Numbered from the stretch's first letter, positions 39,572 to 48,542 are shown. The stretch: DNA of 64,000 nucleotides from an uncultured delta proteobacterium (GCA_963707945.1 CAVPRM010000002.1:1212340-1276339), one strand, 5' to 3'. Notes: generated from the sequence alone by a model not told the origin. Numbers and translations are program-made.

Positions 39572-40240
39572 GTGACCCAGCTCCAGATCTCCGACGGTGT
39601 GGCGCGGATCTCCCTCGACGACGGCAAGGTGAACGCCATGTCGAGCGAGCTGATGGGCGAGCTCGGCAAGGCGCTCGACCAGGCCGAGGCCGCGGGCGCC
39701 GTCACCGTGCTGCGCGGGCGCAGCGGAATGTTCTCGGCCGGCTTCGACCTCGGCACGTTCAAGCGCGGCCGCGACGCGACGCTCGCGATGCTGCGCGGCG
39801 GCGCGCGGCTGATCGAGCGCCTTCTCGCCTTCCCCTGTCCGGTCGTCACGGTCTGCACCGGCCACGCGTATCCGGCGGGCGCGTTCCTGATGCTGGCCGC
39901 GGACGTGCGCTTCGGCGTCTCCGGCGAATGGCGGATCGGCATGAACGAGGTGGCGATCGCGCTCACCGTGCCGCAGTTCGCGCTCGAGATCGCCCGACAT
40001 CGCCTCACGCCAGCCGGCTTCGCGCGGATCACGACCGCGCCGATGTTCGGCCCGGACGAGGCGCTGCGGCACGGCTACCTGGACTACGTCGTCGACGCAG
40101 CGCAGCTCGATGCCGCGGTCGAGATCGAAGTTGCGCGGCTCCGCAAGCTCGACCGAACCGCGTTCATCGCGACCAAGGCCCGGATCAACGCGCACGCGCT
40201 CGAGGCGATCCGTGCGGCGATCGCGGCCGAGCTCGCCTAG
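39572..40240 (+). CDS. enoyl-CoA hydratase/isomerase (crotonase) family protein
   Basis: ARISLDDGKVNAMS, the oxyanion-hole-like FSAGFDL, and CTGHAYPAGAFLMLAAD; 222 aa. Confidence 0.85.
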   Translation: MTQLQISDGVARISLDDGKVNAMSSELMGELGKALDQAEAAGAVTVLRGRSGMFSAGFDLGTFKRGRDATLAMLRGGARLIERLLAFPCPVVTVCTGHAYPAGAFLMLAADVRFGVSGEWRIGMNEVAIALTVPQFALEIARHRLTPAGFARITTAPMFGPDEALRHGYLDYVVDAAQLDAAVEIEVARLRKLDRTAFIATKARINAHALEAIRAAIAAELA

Positions 40241-40880
40241 CGACGCGGCCCGGCAGGAACGTCGCCACCAGCCCCTCCGCGTGCGCCTCGACCCAAGACG
40301 CGTCGGTCGGCTCCTCGCCGGTCAGCAGGCGCGCCTCGGGTGCATTCACGTAGGGCAGCGACGCCGCGCCAACCAGCACGTAGTGGAACACCGCATCGCC
40401 GATCGGCGCCGCGATCCTTGCTAGGCGCAGTCGGCGCCAGAGCAGGCGGACCGCGTCGTAGAGCGGCCGCACGTGGCGCTCGGTCATCCAGCGCAGCCGT
40501 GCGCCCCGCGCGGTCGCCTCGTGCACCATGATCTGGTTCAGCTCGGGGTGCGCGGCCGCGAAGCGGACGAAGCGCCGGATCATCTCGGCGAAGCCATCGG
40601 CGAGCGCGTCGGTTCGGCCGGCCGCGACGTCCAGCCCCTCCATGGCCCGGCCGAGCTCCGCGAACAGATGGTCCACCGCAGCCTTCCAGAGGTCTTCCTT
40701 CGACTCGAAGTGGTAGTGGATCTGCGGCTGGTGAGCGTCGGCGCGCTCGGCGATGGCGCGGGTCGAGGCACCCTCGAAACCCTTCGCGCCGAACTCCACG
40801 AGTGCGGCGTCGAGCAGGCGCTCCCGGTTGTCCTCCCGGGACCGGCGCAGCCGCGGACGAAGCTTCCTCGCTTGACCCAT
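40185..40880 (-). CDS. TetR/AcrR family transcriptional regulator
   Basis: NRERLLDAALVEFGAKGFEGASTRAIAERADAHQPQIHYHFESKEDLW is a TetR_N HTH. The 3' end overlaps the convergent crotonase gene by 56 nt. Confidence 0.85.
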   Translation of the reverse strand: MGQARKLRPRLRRSREDNRERLLDAALVEFGAKGFEGASTRAIAERADAHQPQIHYHFESKEDLWKAAVDHLFAELGRAMEGLDVAAGRTDALADGFAEMIRRFVRFAAAHPELNQIMVHEATARGARLRWMTERHVRPLYDAVRLLWRRLRLARIAAPIGDAVFHYVLVGAASLPYVNAPEARLLTGEEPTDASWVEAHAEGLVATFLPGRVARRARPRSPHGSPRARAR

Positions 40881-40895
40881 GCTTCCAGCTCAACT

Positions 40896-40913
40896 TATTA
40901 TCAATTGATAATA
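40896..40913. promoter_or_regulatory. 18-bp perfect AT-rich palindrome TATTATCAATTGATAATA, candidate TetR operator
   Basis: Located in the 50-nt divergent gap between the TetR start (40880) and the PPOX-like start (40931). It stands out as AT-only in a GC-rich context. Confidence 0.6.
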
Positions 40914-40930
40914 GCAGTCGGAGAGACAAC

Positions 40931-41488
40931 GTGCAGATCCTCCCGCTCTCCTCCACGCCGTTCACCGCCCCGACCGACCGCGACATGCTCCCGTCCGAGC
41001 GGCGCGAGTTCGTCCGCAGCCACCGCACCTGCGTCTTCGGCTACGCGCGGCGCTCCGACGGGCCGGCCATGTCGATCGTGTACTACGTTCCGACCGACGG
41101 CGACGAGCTCCTGGTCTCCACGATGGGCGGCCGCGCCAAGGCGAAGGCCGTGGCACGCGACGGAAAGGTCAGCCTCTGCGTCCTCGACGAGCGCTGGCCG
41201 TTCGCGTACCTGCAGGTCTACTGCGATGCCCGCCTCGAGTCAGAGCCTGAGCTGGTAGTAGACGTCATGATGGCCGTCGGCGCGCGCATGTCGGGCCAGC
41301 CGCTCCCCGAGCAGGCGCGGCCGGCGGTGAAGGCGATGGCCGAGAAGGAGGGCCGCGTCGTCCTACGGTGTCGCCCCTACGAGACCTTCGCGCAGCCGCC
41401 GCGCCACCTGCACCGCAACGATCAGCAGGGGGCGATCAGCCACTGGATCACGGGAGCCGTGCCGTGGAATGCGCCGGATCGGCCGTAG
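40931..41488 (+). CDS. PPOX-class (pyridoxamine 5'-phosphate oxidase-like, probable F420/FMN-dependent) oxidoreductase
   Basis: GTG 40931 lies 7 nt after GGAGAG. RREFVRSHRTCVFGYARRSDGPAMSIVYY...ELLVSTMGGRAKAKAVARDGKVSLCVLD is typical of the split-barrel PPOX family. Confidence 0.7.
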   Translation: MQILPLSSTPFTAPTDRDMLPSERREFVRSHRTCVFGYARRSDGPAMSIVYYVPTDGDELLVSTMGGRAKAKAVARDGKVSLCVLDERWPFAYLQVYCDARLESEPELVVDVMMAVGARMSGQPLPEQARPAVKAMAEKEGRVVLRCRPYETFAQPPRHLHRNDQQGAISHWITGAVPWNAPDRP

Positions 41489-43175
41489 CTCTCGAGAGCC
41501 GCGCGACCTCGTGCGCCAGGATCTGTCGGGTGATCGCGATCGCGCACGCGTAGGTCGAGTCGGTGCCGAACGCGCCGAGGCTCTTCGAGAGCAGTGACTG
41601 GCGCCGGCTGTACGGCGTGTCCGACGCGTAGTGCAGCACGCCGACCGAGAAGCCGGTTCGCTCCGAGAGCGCGACGATCTCGTCGTTCGGGTGGCGGCGC
41701 GGGTCGACCAGCTCGTAGATCGCCGACAGGTACGGGCCGGCCTCCATCTCGAGCACGGTGTAGCCCTCGCGGTAGAACACGCCCATGTAGTTCGGGTTCT
41801 GCAGGAACGCGCCGCGCACCGTGACCGCCTTCTGGTTGTCGAGCACGCTGCCGTGCTGGAGCCAGGGCGCGACGTCGTCGAAGCCGAACGCGTTGCGGAT
41901 CAGGTAGGTGTTGTCGGAGTGCTCGTCGTGCACGACGCGCGAGATCATCACGTCGCCGACCTGGCCGTTCAGGGTCGCCGCCTTGCCCATCACGTACGCG
42001 CCGAAGAGCGGCCCCGCGCCCTGCCCCACGCGCGACAGCAGGTGGTACGCCGCGAGCCCGAGCGGGTAGTCGATGTTCAGGATCCAGGCGTCGCTCTCGC
42101 GCAGCCGCTCGAGACCGGGCATGCGCAGGCGCGGATCGAAGTGCTCCGGCCGCACGCGCGCGAGCTCGATCGCCTGCGCCTGCACGTCGATCTCGGCCGT
42201 GGCGTCGGCGGACTCGATGCCCGCCTCGCTGTCCCAGCGCTGCACGCGCTCGAGCGCGCCGGGGTCCGAGTGCAGGTAGTTGCGCAGCGCGAAGTACAGA
42301 AGGTTGGGCGCGGCGGGCGAGCCATCGTCGAGCTGGCGCTCGAGCTCCGGCAGGAAGTCGATCTTCGGGTCTCGGCGCGCGGCCGCGATGATCGCGTCCC
42401 GGTGCGCCAGCGCGTAGCCGCCGAGCAGATTCGCGAGCGAGTGCGTGTTCGACGACACGAAGTAGATCGGCGGGCGCGACGCCCCGGGATCGCGCACGTA
42501 GACGCGCTCGATGCCCTGCCACCACTGCTGCGCCGCGCGCTCGTAGGCCGAGAACGAGCCGGCGAGGAGCCGCACCCGCAGGTCGAGGCGCGTGGTCGCG
42601 AGCGCGCGCAGGGCCAGGTCGGCGTCGCCGCCGAGCGCCTCGCGCAGGCGGGCGACGTCGGCCTCCGAGATGCCGAGCGCCTCGGCCGCCGCCGCCTTCG
42701 CCGCCGGGTTCGCGAGCGCCTCCGGCCGCGCCGCGAGCAGGTCGTGCATCTTGTTCCACTCGATCTGGTAGGCGGTCAGGATCGGCAGCAGGTCGTCGAT
42801 GTCGGACGTGCTCGCAACGTACGCGGCCAACGTCGCGGCGCCGTCCCAGCGCAACAGGCGCCGGCGGCCGCGCGCGCGCACCCGCTGCCAGGCGCGGGTC
42901 GGCAGTCCGAACGCGGCGAACGTCTCGTCCGACTGGCCGAGCACCACGCGCTCGATCCGCGGCATGCACTCGGGCAGCCGCCCCGCCGCATAGCTGAACG
43001 CGCCGACGTCGGGCTGCGCATCGCGCGCACCCAGGTGCAGGCTCGAGTTCGAGAACGAGTGCGCCTCTTCGAACGCCCGCACCCGCACTTCGCCGCTCGA
43101 GCGCAGCAGCGAGTACACCGTGCGCAGGTAGAGGGCGATCTCGTTCGACTCGGTGTCGGGCTTCTGCCGCTCCAC
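41448..43175 (-). CDS. uncharacterized protein with C-terminal PNP/UDP-type (AMP-nucleosidase-like) phosphorylase domain
   Basis: 575 aa. In the C-terminal ~230 aa, WILNIDYPLG...YVMGKAATLNGQVGDVMIS...VTVRGAF...GYTVLEMEAGPYLSAI follows the nucleoside phosphorylase fold motif order (G-x-[AG]-G...D, ..EME). The N-terminal 340 aa are unassigned. Confidence 0.55.
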   Translation of the reverse strand: MERQKPDTESNEIALYLRTVYSLLRSSGEVRVRAFEEAHSFSNSSLHLGARDAQPDVGAFSYAAGRLPECMPRIERVVLGQSDETFAAFGLPTRAWQRVRARGRRRLLRWDGAATLAAYVASTSDIDDLLPILTAYQIEWNKMHDLLAARPEALANPAAKAAAAEALGISEADVARLREALGGDADLALRALATTRLDLRVRLLAGSFSAYERAAQQWWQGIERVYVRDPGASRPPIYFVSSNTHSLANLLGGYALAHRDAIIAAARRDPKIDFLPELERQLDDGSPAAPNLLYFALRNYLHSDPGALERVQRWDSEAGIESADATAEIDVQAQAIELARVRPEHFDPRLRMPGLERLRESDAWILNIDYPLGLAAYHLLSRVGQGAGPLFGAYVMGKAATLNGQVGDVMISRVVHDEHSDNTYLIRNAFGFDDVAPWLQHGSVLDNQKAVTVRGAFLQNPNYMGVFYREGYTVLEMEAGPYLSAIYELVDPRRHPNDEIVALSERTGFSVGVLHYASDTPYSRRQSLLSKSLGAFGTDSTYACAIAITRQILAHEVARLSRATADPAHSTARLP

Positions 43176-43277
43176 GCTTGCCTCACGATCGGAGTGGGCG
43201 GGAATCTACCAAAGACCCCCCCGCGGCCCAGCAGGCCGCGGGCCACGGTACGCGGGGCCGCCATGTAGAATCCGCGG

Positions 43278-44705
43278 ATGCAGGAATACGAGCGCTACGA
43301 CGCCCTGGGCCTGGCGGAGCTGGTGCGCAAGGGCGCGGTGAGTCCCGAGGAGCTGCTCGACGCCGCGCTGGCGCGCGTGTCCAAGCACAACCCCAAGCTC
43401 AACGCCCTCGTGATGAGCTTCGAGGAGCGCGCGCGCCGCGAGATCCGCGCCGGGCTTCCCGACGGTCCCTTCCGCGGCGTGCCGTTCCTGTTGAAGGACC
43501 TGCACGCGCAGCTGGCGGGCGAACGGCTGACCTACGGCTCGCGCCTGTTCGAGAAGTTCGTGTCCGAGACCGACAGCGAGCTCGTCGCGCGCTACCGGCG
43601 CGCCGGCCTGGTGATCTTCGGCCGCACCGCGTCGCCGGAGTTCGGGCTCACCGCGACGACCGAATCGGTGCTGTTCGGCGCGACCCGCAATCCCTGGAGC
43701 CTGGAGCGCAGCTCGGGCGGATCGTCGGGCGGCGCGTCGGCGGCCGTGGCGGTGGGAATCCTTCCGGCCGCGCACGCGAGCGACGGCGGCGGCTCGATCC
43801 GGATCCCCGCCGCCTGCTGCGGACTGGTCGGCCTGAAGCCGACCCGCGCGCGCGTGCCGATGGGTCCGCACGTCGGCGAGGGCTGGGGCGGCATGAGCAC
43901 GGCGCACGTCGTGTCTCGCTCGCTGCGCGACACCGCGGCGCTGCTCGACGCCACCCACGGCCCCGACCTGGGCCAGCCGTACTTCGCGCCCGAGCCCGAG
44001 CGCGCCTATCGGGACGAGCTGTCGCGCGCGCCTGGGCGGCTTCGGATCGCGGTGCAGACCACGACCTTCAACGGGGTCGACACCCATCCGGAGTGCCGCG
44101 ACGCTGCGCTCGACGCGGCGAAGCTGTGCCAGTCCCTCGGCCACGACGTCGCGGAGGCCAAGCTCGAGGTGGACCGCGAAGCTCTCGCGCGCGCGGTGCA
44201 GGTGCTGATCGGCTCGAACGTCGCCGCGACGGTCGAGGACCTAGCGGCCGCGGCGGGGCGCGAGCCCGGGCTCGATCTCGTCGAAGAGGTCACGCTTGCG
44301 ATGGTGCTGGGCGCGCGCTCGGCGAGCGCGGCCGACTACGCCCGGGCGGTGCGCGTGCTCCACGCGACCGGCCGCCGCGTGGCGCGCTTCTTCGAGAGCG
44401 TCGACGTGCTGATTACGCCGACCATGGCCCTGCCGACGCCGCGCATCGGCGAGCTCGCGCTCGCGCAGACGCCCGGCGCCGCGTTCGGCGCGCGACTCGG
44501 CGCGAGCACGGGCTACACGGCGCTCTTCAACGCCGCCGGAAATCCCGCGCTGAGCCTGCCGCTCGGCCGCGCCTCCGACGGCATGCCGCTGGGCGTGCAG
44601 CTCGCGGGCCGCTTCGGCGACGAGGCGACCCTGCTGCGCCTCGGCGCGCAGCTCGAGAAGGCGCGGCCGTGGTTCGACGTGCGCCCGCCGCTCGCCGGGC
44701 TCTGA
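43278..44705 (+). CDS. amidase (amidase-signature family)
   Basis: The GGSSGGASAAVA and GSIRIPAACCG signature plus the FLLKDL motif; 475 aa. The stop overlaps the KS start (TGATG). Confidence 0.9.
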   Translation: MQEYERYDALGLAELVRKGAVSPEELLDAALARVSKHNPKLNALVMSFEERARREIRAGLPDGPFRGVPFLLKDLHAQLAGERLTYGSRLFEKFVSETDSELVARYRRAGLVIFGRTASPEFGLTATTESVLFGATRNPWSLERSSGGSSGGASAAVAVGILPAAHASDGGGSIRIPAACCGLVGLKPTRARVPMGPHVGEGWGGMSTAHVVSRSLRDTAALLDATHGPDLGQPYFAPEPERAYRDELSRAPGRLRIAVQTTTFNGVDTHPECRDAALDAAKLCQSLGHDVAEAKLEVDREALARAVQVLIGSNVAATVEDLAAAAGREPGLDLVEEVTLAMVLGARSASAADYARAVRVLHATGRRVARFFESVDVLITPTMALPTPRIGELALAQTPGAAFGARLGASTGYTALFNAAGNPALSLPLGRASDGMPLGVQLAGRFGDEATLLRLGAQLEKARPWFDVRPPLAGL

Positions 44706-45907
44706 TGAGCCGGCCGCCTTGCAGGCTCGCCGCGCTGGGTCAGGTCAGCGCGCTGGGTCGGGAGCGCTCGGAGGTCTACGCGCGGCTGATTGCCGGCGAC
44801 TCCGGCCTCTCGCTGCGCGACGATTTCGTCCCGGAGCGAAGCCTCTGGCTCGGCGCCGTGCGCGAGCCGCTGCCGGCGATCCCGTCCGCGCTCGCGCGCT
44901 TCGCTTGCCGCAACAACCAGCTCGCGCTCGCGGCGCTCGAGTCGATCGGCGCCGAGGTCGCCGCCGCCGTCGCGCGGTTCGGCGCGGAGCGGGTCGGGGT
45001 CGTGGTCGGCACCAGCACCTCGGGCGTGGGCGACGCGGAGGCGGCGATCGCGCACCGCGAGCGCACGGGGGTGCTCGCGCACGAGTTCCACTACGACCAG
45101 CTCGAGTTCGGCGGGCTCGCGCGCTTCGTGGCCCTGGCCGCGGGCGCGCGCGGGCCGGCGTACACGCTCTCGACCGCCTGCTCCTCGGGCGCGCGCGCGC
45201 TGGCCTCGGCGCGCTCGCTGGTGGCGCTCGGCGTCTGCGACGCGGTGATCTCCGGCGCGGCCGACTCGCTGTGCGGGCTCACCACCAACGGCTTCGCTGC
45301 GCTCGGCGCGCTCTCGGCGCAGGTGACCAACCCTTGTAGCGCGAACCGCGACGGCTTGAACCTGGGAGAGGCCGGCGTTCTGTTCCTCGTCACCGGCGAG
45401 CCCGGCGGCGTTCAGCTCCTCGGCGTGGGCGACTCGAGCGAGGCCCACCACATGTCCGCGCCCGACCCCGAGGGGCGCGGGGCCGAGGTGGCGATGAAGA
45501 TGGCGCTCGACGACGCGGGGCTCGCGCCGGGCGAGATCGCCTACCTGAACCTCCACGGCACCGGCACGCCGCAGAACGACGTCATGGAAGCGGCGGCGGT
45601 CGCGCGCGTGCTGGGCGAGTCGGTGCCCTGCAGCTCGACGAAGCCGCTCGTCGGCCACACGCTGGGCGCCGCGGGTGCGCTCGAGGCCGCGTTCTGCTGG
45701 CTCGTGCTCGCCGAGGCTCGCGGCGGCCGCCTCGCCCTGCCCCCGCACGTGTGGGACGGCGCGCGCGACCCCGCGCTCGCCGCGATCCATCTGGCCGGCA
45801 AGGGCGAGACCGTCCTGGCCGGGCCGCGCCCGCGCGTGATGACGAACTCGTTCGGGTTCGGCGGGAACAACTGCACGCTGATCCTCGGCGCGGGCGAGCC
45901 GGCGTGA
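44705..45907 (+). CDS. beta-ketoacyl-ACP synthase (type II PKS/FAS KS, APE-cluster type)
   Basis: 400 aa with the active-site Cys in LSTACSSG and His motifs HGTGT and GHTLGAAG. These are the last 401 codons of ORF 43178-45907. Confidence 0.9.
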   Translation: MSRPPCRLAALGQVSALGRERSEVYARLIAGDSGLSLRDDFVPERSLWLGAVREPLPAIPSALARFACRNNQLALAALESIGAEVAAAVARFGAERVGVVVGTSTSGVGDAEAAIAHRERTGVLAHEFHYDQLEFGGLARFVALAAGARGPAYTLSTACSSGARALASARSLVALGVCDAVISGAADSLCGLTTNGFAALGALSAQVTNPCSANRDGLNLGEAGVLFLVTGEPGGVQLLGVGDSSEAHHMSAPDPEGRGAEVAMKMALDDAGLAPGEIAYLNLHGTGTPQNDVMEAAAVARVLGESVPCSSTKPLVGHTLGAAGALEAAFCWLVLAEARGGRLALPPHVWDGARDPALAAIHLAGKGETVLAGPRPRVMTNSFGFGGNNCTLILGAGEPA

Positions 45908-46635
45908 AGGCGTCGCTGCTTCGCTGGTCGGCCTGGGCCCCGGGGATCGAGACGCGCGCCGACTGGGAGGCGTGGGCGCAGGCGCCTACGCCGCTGCCAC
46001 CGGTCGGTGTACCCGACGCGAAGTTCCTCCCGGCGATGTTGCGGCGCCGCTGCACGCCGCTCACCCGCACCATGCTGACGGCGGCGTTCGGCGCAGCCGA
46101 CTCCGACGAGATCGCGCGCCTGCGCACCGTGTTCTCGTCGCGCCACGGCAGCATCAACGAGTCGATCGGCCTGCTCGAGAACGTGGTGCGCCGCGAGAAG
46201 CTGTCGCCGGCGACGTTCAGCCACACCGTGCACAACGCGCAGGCGGGGCTGTTCTCGATCGCAGCGGGGAACCGCGCGGCGTCGAGCTCGCTCTCGGCGC
46301 AGGAGGACTCCTGGGTGTCGGGCTTCGTCGAAGCGCTCTGCTTCCTGGAGCGCGACCCGCGCGAGCCCGTGCTCCTGGTGGTGGGCGACGTGCCGCTCGC
46401 CGAGACCTTCGCGCCGCTCGTCGACGAAGCGGCGACGCCCTACGCGTTCGCGGTCCAGGTCGGCGCGCCGGGGACGGGGCCGGGGATCGAGCTCGAGCTC
46501 GCCGCGCGCGCGGGCGCCGAGCGCGAGCGCCCGGGCTGGCCGCCCGCGCTCGACTTCCTGCGCTGGTGGCTCGGCACCGAGCCGCGGCTCGAGCAGACGA
46601 GCCGCTCGGGCGCGCAGCGCTGGACGAGGCCGTAG
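45904..46635 (+). CDS. beta-ketoacyl synthase chain-length-factor-like protein (Ketoacyl-synt_2/PF13723-like)
   Basis: GTG 45904 overlaps the KS stop (GTGA). There is no catalytic Cys. MLRRRCTPLTRTML...SRHGSINES...LSPATFSHTVHNAQAGLFSIA is the pattern of APE-type CLF partners. Confidence 0.8.
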   Translation: MKASLLRWSAWAPGIETRADWEAWAQAPTPLPPVGVPDAKFLPAMLRRRCTPLTRTMLTAAFGAADSDEIARLRTVFSSRHGSINESIGLLENVVRREKLSPATFSHTVHNAQAGLFSIAAGNRAASSSLSAQEDSWVSGFVEALCFLERDPREPVLLVVGDVPLAETFAPLVDEAATPYAFAVQVGAPGTGPGIELELAARAGAERERPGWPPALDFLRWWLGTEPRLEQTSRSGAQRWTRP

Positions 46636-46637
46636 GA

Positions 46638-47918
46638 GTGGACGCCGCACACGCGGGGCACGCGGACCCGTTCGCGGACGTTCTCCTCTACATGGCCGTG
46701 GTCCTTGGCGCCGCGCTCGTCGGCCGCTGGCTCGCGTCGCGCGGCCGTCTCGCTTCGGTGTTGGGCGAGCTGGCGATCGGCGTCGCGCTCGGCAACCTCG
46801 CCTACCAGCTCGGCAGCCCGGTGGCCGCACGGGTGATGCACGGTTTCGACGTGCACGAGCTGCTGCACTCCACGGTTCCCGGCGACGACACCCTGCGGAT
46901 CGTGCTGATCTCGCTCTGGGTGTTCTCGAATCTCGGCGTGATCCTGCTCCTGCTGATGGTCGGGCTCGAGTCGAGCGTCGAGGAGCTGCTGGGCGTGGGC
47001 GCCCGCGCGCTGTCGGTCGCGCTCGCGGGGGTGATCGCGCCGTTCGGGCTCGGCTGGGCGACGTCCTACTGGCTCCTGCCCGAGGCGGCGGCCGCAACCC
47101 ACCTGTTCAACGGCGCCGCGCTGTGCGCGACCAGCGTGGGCATCACCGCGCGCGTGCTGCGCGACATGGGGCAGATGCACAGCAACGCCGCGCGCGTAAT
47201 CCTCGGCGCCGCGGTGATCGACGACGTGCTCGGGCTCGTGATCCTGGCCGTGGTCATCGGTGTGGTCGCGACCGGCCGCGTCGAGCTCGGGGCAATCGCC
47301 AAGATCAGCCTGCTCTCGGCCGCCTTCCTGCTCGCGGTGCTCTGGTTCGGCGAGAAGATCGGCGCCGGCACCGCGCGCGTGCTCGCCGCGCTCGAGCGGC
47401 GCAACGCGAAGCTGCTGGCGCCGCTGCTCCTCGCCTTCGCGACCGCCTGGCTCGTGAATCAGATCGGCCTGGCCGCGATCATCGGCGCCTTCGCCGCGGG
47501 GCTCCTCCTGCGCGACGAGCACTTCACGGCGAAGGACGGGCGGCCCGAGTCGTTGCACGAGATCCTCGCGCCGCTCGAGTCGGTCTTCGCGCCCGTCTTC
47601 TTCGTCTTGATCGGCATGCAGGTGAACCTGGAGCTGCTCGCCGATCCGGCGACCCTCTTGCTGGGCGCGGCGCTCACCGCGGTGGCGATCGCGAGCAAGC
47701 TCGTCGCCGGGGTGTTCGCCGGACCCGGCGCGAACAAGTGGGTCGTCGGCCTCGGCATGGTCCCGCGCGGCGAGGTCGGTCTGATCTTCGCGAGCATCGG
47801 GAAGTCGCTCGACGTGATCGACGGCGCGGTGTTCTCGGCGGTCGTGCTGATGGTGATCGCGACGACCTTGTTCGCGCCGCTGGCGCTGGATCGCATGCTG
47901 CGGCGCCGGCCGGCCTAG
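46638..47918 (+). CDS. cation:proton antiporter (CPA2/Kef-type Na+/H+ exchanger family)
   Basis: About 12 TM helices. VLGELAIGVALGN, LLLLMVGLESS, AALCATSVGITARVL, GAAVIDDVLGLV and MVPRGEVGL are typical. The start is GTG 46638 or ATG 46692. Confidence 0.85.
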   Translation: MDAAHAGHADPFADVLLYMAVVLGAALVGRWLASRGRLASVLGELAIGVALGNLAYQLGSPVAARVMHGFDVHELLHSTVPGDDTLRIVLISLWVFSNLGVILLLLMVGLESSVEELLGVGARALSVALAGVIAPFGLGWATSYWLLPEAAAATHLFNGAALCATSVGITARVLRDMGQMHSNAARVILGAAVIDDVLGLVILAVVIGVVATGRVELGAIAKISLLSAAFLLAVLWFGEKIGAGTARVLAALERRNAKLLAPLLLAFATAWLVNQIGLAAIIGAFAAGLLLRDEHFTAKDGRPESLHEILAPLESVFAPVFFVLIGMQVNLELLADPATLLLGAALTAVAIASKLVAGVFAGPGANKWVVGLGMVPRGEVGLIFASIGKSLDVIDGAVFSAVVLMVIATTLFAPLALDRMLRRRPA

Positions 47919-47925
47919 CTCGGGC

Positions 47926-48423
47926 TCACCCCGCCGCGCGGCGCAGCGCCTCCACGTCGATCTTCTTCATCTTGAGCATCGCCCCCATTGCGCGTCCGGC
48001 GCGCTGCTTGTCGGGGCCGCTCATGAGCTCGACGAGAATCGTGGGGACGACCTGCCACGAGAGGCCGAATCGGTCCTTCAGCCAGCCGCACTGCTGGGCC
48101 TTGGGGTCGCCGTCCTTCGACAGATGATCCCAGTAGTGGTCGACCTCCGCCTGGCTCTCGCAGTTCACGACCAGCGAGATCGCCTCGGTGAACTTGAAGT
48201 GAGGGCCGCCGTTGATCGCGGTGAACACCTGCCCGTCGAGCTCGAACTCCACGGTCATCACCGAGCCCTCGGGCCGGCCTGCGCCCTTCGCACCCTCTTT
48301 GCTGTAGCGCGCGGTGGTCAGGATCCGGGAGTTCGGGAACACCGAAGTGTAGAACTGCACCGCTTCCTCCGCGTCGTCGTCGAACCACAGGAACGGGGTG
48401 ATCCGCTGGAACTTGGCTGGCAT
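47926..48423 (-). CDS. VOC-superfamily protein (PhnB/YjdN-like, PF06983-type)
   Basis: ATG 48423 follows GAGGAG. ITPFLWFDDDAEEAVQFYTSVFPNS...FELDGQVFTAINGG...EVDHYWDHLS...CGWLKDRFGLSWQVVP. Confidence 0.85.
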   Translation of the reverse strand: MPAKFQRITPFLWFDDDAEEAVQFYTSVFPNSRILTTARYSKEGAKGAGRPEGSVMTVEFELDGQVFTAINGGPHFKFTEAISLVVNCESQAEVDHYWDHLSKDGDPKAQQCGWLKDRFGLSWQVVPTILVELMSGPDKQRAGRAMGAMLKMKKIDVEALRRAAG

Positions 48424-48542
48424 GGCGATCTCCTCTGCCGTTGATCTGCCTTCACCCCCTAGACGAACGAGCCAGCTGGATCTCGACAGCCACCCCCGAT
48501 TTCGGGTTACCTTCACCTTGACCCGTTGGACAAGGATGCCCC

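Noticed and set aside
43216-43240. 9-bp-stem hairpin CCCGCGGCC-cagca-GGCCGCGGG in the divergent intergenic region
   Set aside because: It lies upstream of both flanking genes, so it is not a terminator. Short GC palindromes containing SacII-like sites are frequent by chance at this GC content.
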